Below, in pieces: positions 6,351 through 10,784 of a stretch of DNA of 10,784 nucleotides. The notes under the pieces are model-generated. The model ran no database searches. It was not told the origin of the DNA and was given only the letters and a program-made list of their open reading frames with translations. The position numbers were made by a program, and so were the translations under genes. How positions within the stretch are numbered: the stretch's first letter is position 1; the number at the start of each line of letters is the position of its first letter. Origin of the DNA: Zestosphaera tikiterensis (GTDB lineage: Archaea; Thermoproteota; Thermoprotei_A; Sulfolobales; NBVN01); NCBI GenBank assembly GCA_003056265.1, contig NBVN01000004.1, positions 444,038-454,821 on the forward strand, written 5' to 3'.

Positions 6351-7577
6351 GTGGAGTTGATGTCCAGCAACAACAGGGACATAGTAGCCGATACCCTGCT
6401 GAAGTTGGAGAATACGGTCTTCCTGAATAGGGAGGTTTTAAGGCCGGATTACATACCTGAATCACTGCCTCATAGGGAGGAGCAGATAAGGCAGTTAACC
6501 AGTGTTTTAGCCCCCCTACTTAAGGGTGAGAGGCCTAGTAACGTATTTATATATGGTTTGACGGGCACCGGCAAGACAGCCGTGGTTAAGTACGTCTTAA
6601 GGCGGTTGGAGGAGTATGGGAGGGGCTTCGGCTCGAGGGGGTTTTTCTCATGCTATATTAACTGCAGGAACGACGACACCACCTATAGGGTTATGGCTTC
6701 TTTAGTTGAGACTTTAGGTGGTAGGGTGCCTTTCACGGGTTTATCCACGGCTGAGGTCTTCAGGAGGTTTAAGAATAGGTTGGAGTCCTTAGGTAGGGTT
6801 ATGATAATAGTTTTAGATGAGATTGACTCGCTAGTTAGTAGGGCTGGTGATGAGTTACTCTACAGACTTACTAGGGTTAACGACGAGTTAAGTAGGAGTA
6901 AGGTTTCAGTTATAGGGATAACTAACGACGTTAAGTTTATGGAGAAGTTAGACCCTAGGGTTAAGTCCAGCTTAAGTGAGGTCGAGCTTGTTTTCCCGCC
7001 TTACGACGCTATACAGCTTTCAGATATTTTAAGGGAGAGGGCTGCGAAGGCTTTCAAACCGGGTGTTTTGGATGAGGGGGTTATAGAGTACTGCGCTTCC
7101 GTAGCGGCTAAAGAACACGGTGATGCGAGAAGGGCTTTAGACCTCCTTAGAGTTGCTGGGGAGATAGCTGAGAGGCTTGGGGATAGGGTCGTTAAGGTTG
7201 AACACGTGGTTAAAGCGCGTGAGGAGATCGAGAGGGATATGGTTATCGACGTCGTTAAAACCCTCCCCCAACATAGTAAGTTGGTTTTACTGGCTATAGC
7301 TTTAGCTGGGGGTAGGTTCGACAGCACTGGAGATCTTTACGTAAGCTATAGAGAGTTAGTTAAAGCTTTAGGTTCCGAGCCAGTTACTCAGAGGAGGGTT
7401 TCAGACATAGTGAGTGAGTTGGAGATGCTTGGTTTAGTAACTGCTAAAGTGGTTAATAGGGGTAGGTACGGTAAGACAAGGCAGATAAGCCTCGCGACAG
7501 ACTATAACACAATGGTTAAGGCGTTAAGCGATGACGCAAGAATCGCTTCACTCGTTAAGAACTATAGGGGTAGATGA
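6351..7577 (+). CDS. cdc6: Orc1/Cdc6 replication initiator (AAA+ ATPase plus C-terminal winged helix)
   Basis: The N-terminal hallmark is LRPDYIPESLPHREEQIRQLTSVLAPLL. Walker A is GLTGTGKT and Walker B is IIVLDEID. Sensor regions are ITND and GDARRALDLLRVAGEIAE. The C-terminal wH region is VSDIVSELEMLGLVTAKVVNRGRYGKTRQISL. ATG 6360 (MSSNNRD...) is a plausible alternative start. Confidence 0.95.
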   Translation: MELMSSNNRDIVADTLLKLENTVFLNREVLRPDYIPESLPHREEQIRQLTSVLAPLLKGERPSNVFIYGLTGTGKTAVVKYVLRRLEEYGRGFGSRGFFSCYINCRNDDTTYRVMASLVETLGGRVPFTGLSTAEVFRRFKNRLESLGRVMIIVLDEIDSLVSRAGDELLYRLTRVNDELSRSKVSVIGITNDVKFMEKLDPRVKSSLSEVELVFPPYDAIQLSDILRERAAKAFKPGVLDEGVIEYCASVAAKEHGDARRALDLLRVAGEIAERLGDRVVKVEHVVKAREEIERDMVIDVVKTLPQHSKLVLLAIALAGGRFDSTGDLYVSYRELVKALGSEPVTQRRVSDIVSELEMLGLVTAKVVNRGRYGKTRQISLATDYNTMVKALSDDARIASLVKNYRGR

Positions 7578-8151
7578 CGGGTACTTCCCACCGGAGTTTA
7601 AGAGGTTGAAACTCAAGACTTTAGCCGTAGGTGTTTTATGCGTTGGTGTGGATCCAGCGAAGCTTAAGATAGAGTTGATAGACGTAGACGGGGTTAACGG
7701 CACTGAAGTAGCTTTAAACATAGTTAAGGAGTTAGCGAGGGGTGAAGGGTTAAACGCTATATTCCTAGACGGGGTAACCATAGCAGGCTTTAACTACGTA
7801 GACCCTGAGGAAATATACGTTGAGGTTGGAGCCCCTGTGATCGTCATATTTAAAACAAAGCTTAAACTAGATAAGATTAAGAAAGCTTTAATGAAGCACT
7901 TCAACGACTGGATAGTTAGGTATGAAGTCATAGAGAAAAACTACCTAAAAGCAAAACAAGTGAAAACACCTAAGAAAACACTTACAGTAACAACCTACGG
8001 AATCGAAGACGATGAACTAGTTAAAACCCTATATAAGCTACAGACAACATCAACAACACCAGAACCTCTGAGACTCGCCGACCTCATAGCCTCAGGACTA
8101 ACCAAATCAAAAGAAGTGCTTGCGAGACTAAACCACCTAGAAACCTTTTAA
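7531..8151 (+). CDS. DUF99/UPF0215 family protein (Pfam PF01949; I recall it being renamed endonuclease dU, which I cannot verify here)
   Basis: The family pattern is present: IGVDDGYF...LAVGVL...IDVDGVNGTEVALNIV...LNAIFLDGVTIAGFNYVD...GAPVIVIF...ALMKHFNDW...PEPLRLADLIASGL. ATG 7531 is the only canonical in-frame start before IGVDDG, so the gene overlaps the cdc6 3' end by 47 nt. Confidence 0.8.
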   Translation: MTQESLHSLRTIGVDDGYFPPEFKRLKLKTLAVGVLCVGVDPAKLKIELIDVDGVNGTEVALNIVKELARGEGLNAIFLDGVTIAGFNYVDPEEIYVEVGAPVIVIFKTKLKLDKIKKALMKHFNDWIVRYEVIEKNYLKAKQVKTPKKTLTVTTYGIEDDELVKTLYKLQTTSTTPEPLRLADLIASGLTKSKEVLARLNHLETF

Positions 8152-8153
8152 AT
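8146..8153 (+). promoter_or_regulatory. TATA box of the tRNA-Leu gene, overlapping the DUF99 stop codon
   Basis: TTTTAAAT is centred about 27 nt upstream of tRNA position 1 (8177). The DUF99 TAA stop at 8149-8151 lies inside it. Confidence 0.45.
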
Positions 8154-8176
8154 TCCAGTAAATACATTAAGTAATG

Positions 8177-8264
8177 GCGGGGGTGCCCGAGCCAGGTCAA
8201 AGGGGTCAGGCTGAGGCCCTGATGGCGTAGGCCTGCGTGGGTTCAAATCCCACCCCCCGCACCA
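8177..8264 (+). tRNA. tRNA-Leu, anticodon GAG, class II (long variable arm), no intron, 3' CCA encoded
   Basis: Folded by hand. Acceptor stem GCGGGGG (8177-8183) pairs with CCCCCGC (8254-8260). Anticodon stem TCAGG (8206-8210) pairs with CCTGA (8218-8222), with loop CTGAGGC and anticodon GAG at 8213-8215. The variable arm is 14 nt with a GGC/GCC stem. The T arm is GTGGG-TTCAAAT-CCCAC. Discriminator is A8261, followed by CCA at 8262-8264. Confidence 0.95.
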
Positions 8265-8357
8265 AACACGCAATTCTCAGTTATGAAGGATCTTCACTAA
8301 CTTACTTAGTTGAATTACCGGGGGAATTAAAAGCTATAGATCATACGATAATATCGT

Positions 8358-9488
8358 TTATTGAGGAGGGCGCTCAAAGTAGCTGGGCATTTTCTCCTCG
8401 CAATAGGTTATTTTATGCGTAATCTCTTTAATTTTGCTTCTATGTTTAATTGCTTGAGTAGGTATTTCAAAAGTTAGTATGAAGCTAAATAACGTAAACT
8501 TAACGAAGGATTTCATAGCGGTTAAGACGTCGGGGGATTTAACGAGAACTTTACTGAAGTATAGGGTTAACATGCTAAAAGCGGGTATGAACATTAAGAG
8601 TCCTAATGTAAGGTCTGCTTTAAACAGGTAGTAAAGGCTTAAACTTAATAGCGTTAAAGAAAAGGTTCTAGTTACGTGGCTTAAATACCTAAAATCTTTA
8701 AATATAGAGATAACACCTCCCCTTCCAGGCTTTGTCATCGTTGTGTAGGCGTAAGCCAAAGCTTTCTTACTAAACCCTCTGAAATAATCCTTTAAACTCA
8801 TCCTAACGTATATATCCGATTTTCGAATTAAGTTTAAATCGTAGGCAACCGGTTCTTCATAATTTAGCTTTATCACTCCATAACCTGCATCCCAAGTTTT
8901 TAAACAGTACACAGTATCCTCTTTAAAAGTTAAGTCTTCGTCGAAGGAAACTTTCCGAGCTATTTCGGCAGGTATTAACGTAAGTCCCATACCACACCAA
9001 CTTATGAAGCTGTGGCCTTTAGGCTTAGAGCTAGGGCTTGACGAGACGTTCTTTAAAGTTTCTTCAGCAAACTTCTTTAAGGAGTTCACGTCTTTAAACG
9101 TTTTAACCTGAATATCACCAGTTACGACGCATGGGCAGCAACCGCTATCGCTAGCTGAGATCGCATGCCGTAGGAAGTCTTTATTAACGACTAACGTATC
9201 ACAATCAACGAAGAGTATGTAATCAGCCCCCAACTCTAAAGCCTCCTTAACACAAGCATTCCTACCCTCGGGAATATTACTGGGCTTAACTAAAACCTTA
9301 AACTTCAAACCTAAAGAGTTAAGGATGTCTCGAGCTACTTCAGGCGTAGAATCAACACTCCCACCATCAACTACAGCAACTGCAAACCTATCACGTGGGT
9401 AGTTAATCAATGAAAGACTCTTTAAAACATATGGAAGAGTTAAAGAAGAGTTCTTACACGTTAAGCAAGCAACCACCGAGGGTTCCAC
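8358..9488 (-). CDS. Family 2 glycosyltransferase (GT-A fold) with a C-terminal multi-helix membrane domain
   Basis: The N-terminal GT2 pattern is VVACLTCKNSSLTLPYVLKSLSLINYPRDRFAVAVVDGGSVDSTPEVA. The DxD-type motif is ILFVDCDTLV. The C-terminal third is hydrophobic (LTLLSLSLYYLF, LGLLMFIPAFSMLTLYF, FTLFSFILTF). GTG start at 9488. Confidence 0.8.
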   Translation of the reverse strand: MEPSVVACLTCKNSSLTLPYVLKSLSLINYPRDRFAVAVVDGGSVDSTPEVARDILNSLGLKFKVLVKPSNIPEGRNACVKEALELGADYILFVDCDTLVVNKDFLRHAISASDSGCCPCVVTGDIQVKTFKDVNSLKKFAEETLKNVSSSPSSKPKGHSFISWCGMGLTLIPAEIARKVSFDEDLTFKEDTVYCLKTWDAGYGVIKLNYEEPVAYDLNLIRKSDIYVRMSLKDYFRGFSKKALAYAYTTMTKPGRGGVISIFKDFRYLSHVTRTFSLTLLSLSLYYLFKADLTLGLLMFIPAFSMLTLYFSKVLVKSPDVLTAMKSFVKFTLFSFILTFEIPTQAIKHRSKIKEITHKITYCEEKMPSYFERPPQ

Positions 9489-9518
9489 AATATAGCCCCC
9501 TTAAATACGTAAGGCATT

Positions 9519-9526
9519 CCTTAAAT
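9519..9526 (-). promoter_or_regulatory. TATA-like element for the GT2 gene (ATTTAAGG on the minus strand)
   Basis: It lies about 31-38 nt upstream of GTG 9488. A second identical copy, CCTTAAAT, lies at 9499-9506, which is probably too close to the start to act as the TATA box. Confidence 0.35.
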
Positions 9527-9650
9527 TACTTCAAAGGCTTTCTATTATGAGCATTATTATAAGATAAAAGCGCTTTAAAACCCTAAGTATGTTTCGCTTA
9601 TAAGTTGCTGGAAGTATTTGAGTCAGTTTTAAAGCTTAATTTGAGCCCCT

Positions 9651-9660
9651 AATTTTATAA
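9651..9660 (+). promoter_or_regulatory. TATA box for the GT4 gene
   Basis: AATTTTATAA is centred about 24 nt upstream of ATG 9679, which predicts a leaderless mRNA. Confidence 0.5.
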
Positions 9661-9678
9661 CGTAGAGAGTGTTGGGTA

Positions 9679-10784
9679 ATGTCGAAGTATGCGGTTGTGG
9701 GGCATCATTATTGGGGGAGGCCCGGTGGTGGTGAGTTGGTTTGTGCTGCTACAGTCGTAGCTTTAGAGGAGGTAGGTTATCTACCCGTCTTAACTTCTCC
9801 AGTTGATTTTGATAGTGGGAAGTATGTTGACTGGTTTGGTATAGATTTAAGTAAGTATCCCAAGCATACTTGGGGTTTGAAGCTTAGGGCTTTCGGCCTC
9901 TATCTAAGGTTAGTGTCTTGGAGGGCTATGTCCTCAGCTTTAAAGAAGTATGATGCGGATCTGTTATTTACAGACGTAAGCTATGTTAAGCCTTTAAGCA
10001 AGCTTAGATTTGAAGGTGTTAAAATAATTGAGTATATTCACTTTCCCTTTGAGGTTTCTTTAAACCCTAAGTATAGTGGTTTAGGCTTTCACTATAGTCA
10101 AGACCCATACATTAAAGAAAGATATAGCTCGTTCCCCTTAAATCTCTATTTATGGAGTTTCGCGAAATTTTCTAAGTATTTTATGTGTGAGAATCCTTTT
10201 CACTGCGTTGATTTAGTGTTAACGAATTCTAGGTGGACTGCGAGAGTAGTTAAAGAAGCGTTTGGTGAGAATCCCATAGTTTTAAATCCTCCCATACCTC
10301 CTAACGTTGAAGTAGTGGGTGTGTCTAAACCGTTTGAAGAAAGAAGGAATTTAATAGTGATGTTGGGTAGGTTCTCAGAGGAGAAGAGGTATCATTGGGT
10401 AGTTTCAGAGCTTTACCCTAAGCTTAAGAATGAATTGCCTGAAGTTAAGGTAGTGATATTCGGAGGGGCTGGGACTAGAACTGCTTACACGTACTTAAAT
10501 AAACTACGTGAACTTGCTGAAAAGCATGGGGTTAAGGTGTCGAATGACTTAAGGGTGGACGCACACATTTATTTAATACCGGACGCAAAACGGGAGACTG
10601 TGAATAAAGCTATGGATGAGGCTAAGGCTTTTCTACACGCAACAATAAACGAGCATTGGGGGGTCGCGGTAGCGGAAGCTATGGCTAGAGGGCTTCCAGT
10701 AGTTGTTCATAAATCTGGGGGTGCGTGGACAGATTTAGCTGAAGAGGGTACGTACGGATTGGGGTATCAAACAACGGAGGAAGC
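9679..10784 (+). CDS. Family 4 (GT-B, group 1) glycosyltransferase with an ALG11-like N terminus; 3' end lies outside the window
   Basis: I translated frame 1 by hand from ATG 9679 to the window end and found no stop. It is absent from the ORF track because it has no stop in the window. The N terminus AVVGHHYWGRPGGGELV resembles the ALG11 FHPY..AGGGGE.VLW motif. The C-terminal part, INEHWGVAVAEAMARGLPVVVHKSGG, is the GT4 E-x7-E donor-binding region. Confidence 0.8.
   Translation, partial: MSKYAVVGHHYWGRPGGGELVCAATVVALEEVGYLPVLTSPVDFDSGKYVDWFGIDLSKYPKHTWGLKLRAFGLYLRLVSWRAMSSALKKYDADLLFTDVSYVKPLSKLRFEGVKIIEYIHFPFEVSLNPKYSGLGFHYSQDPYIKERYSSFPLNLYLWSFAKFSKYFMCENPFHCVDLVLTNSRWTARVVKEAFGENPIVLNPPIPPNVEVVGVSKPFEERRNLIVMLGRFSEEKRYHWVVSELYPKLKNELPEVKVVIFGGAGTRTAYTYLNKLRELAEKHGVKVSNDLRVDAHIYLIPDAKRETVNKAMDEAKAFLHATINEHWGVAVAEAMARGLPVVVHKSGGAWTDLAEEGTYGLGYQTTEE

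Noticed and set aside
7001-7327. 108-aa ORF antisense to orc1/cdc6
   Set aside because: Shadow ORF inside cdc6. The Ser/Leu/Thr-rich low-complexity translation has no motif.
7548-7781. 77-aa ORF antisense to the DUF99 5' half
   Set aside because: Shadow ORF with no motif or expression signals.
8265-8357. Possible C/D box sRNA on the minus strand between the GT2 stop and the tRNA (ATGATCT ... GTGAAGA-N10-CTGA), plus the 13-bp palindrome ACGATAATATCGT at 8344-8356
   Set aside because: The C box deviates at two positions from RUGAUGA. No acceptable D' box is present. The D'-C' spacing would be about 24 nt where a few nt are usual, and there is no terminal stem. The palindrome has a 1-nt centre, so it cannot form a real hairpin, and it is most simply a chance feature of the 3' UTR.
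8237-8422. 61-aa plus-strand ORF starting inside the tRNA-Leu T arm
   Set aside because: It begins within a confidently folded tRNA, runs through the intergenic spacer into the antisense of the GT2 3' end, and has no start context.
1-10784. CRISPR arrays, transposases or IS ends, integrase fragments, toxin-antitoxin or other defence modules
   Set aside because: I saw no spaced direct repeats, no terminal inverted repeats flanking an ORF, and no ORF with nuclease, ATPase or other defence-type motifs other than Orc1/Cdc6 and DUF99. Apart from the antisense/alternative-frame shadow ORFs rejected above, every sizeable ORF is accounted for by housekeeping, transport, regulatory or glycosylation functions.

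Overview
Archaeal chromosomal segment, probably crenarchaeote (Thermoprotei-like). The call rests on Orc1/Cdc6, an archaeal Sm protein, ribosomal protein L37e, A/T-rich TATA boxes about 25-30 nt upstream of starts, and GGTG/GAGG Shine-Dalgarno motifs only before operon-internal genes. The window is roughly 90 percent coding and mostly core housekeeping. From left to right it holds: the 3' end of a surface-anchored protein; homoserine dehydrogenase; a minus-strand sodium:solute symporter with a small 2-TM partner, divergently paired with a winged-helix plus periplasmic-binding-fold regulator; a same-strand run of Sm-like protein, L37e, DUF211, CPA2 cation/proton antiporter, Orc1/Cdc6, DUF99/UPF0215 and tRNA-Leu(GAG); and two divergent glycosyltransferases in a partly lower-GC region (a membrane-anchored GT2 and an ALG11-like GT4 that runs off the window). 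I see no CRISPR array, transposase, integrase, toxin-antitoxin pair or recognisable defence gene, and no clear-cut novel multi-gene system. The observations most worth following up are: (1) the uncharacterised wHTH-PBP2 regulator with a perfect inverted repeat in its divergent promoter facing the symporter operon; (2) a homoserine dehydrogenase whose cofactor-binding motif lies upstream of every canonical start codon; (3) a tightly linked DUF211-antiporter pair; (4) a 47-nt overlap between orc1/cdc6 and DUF99, plus an abrupt codon-usage switch inside DUF99; (5) the lower-GC glycosyltransferase block that begins right after the tRNA. All family assignments come from reading motifs by eye. No database search was possible.
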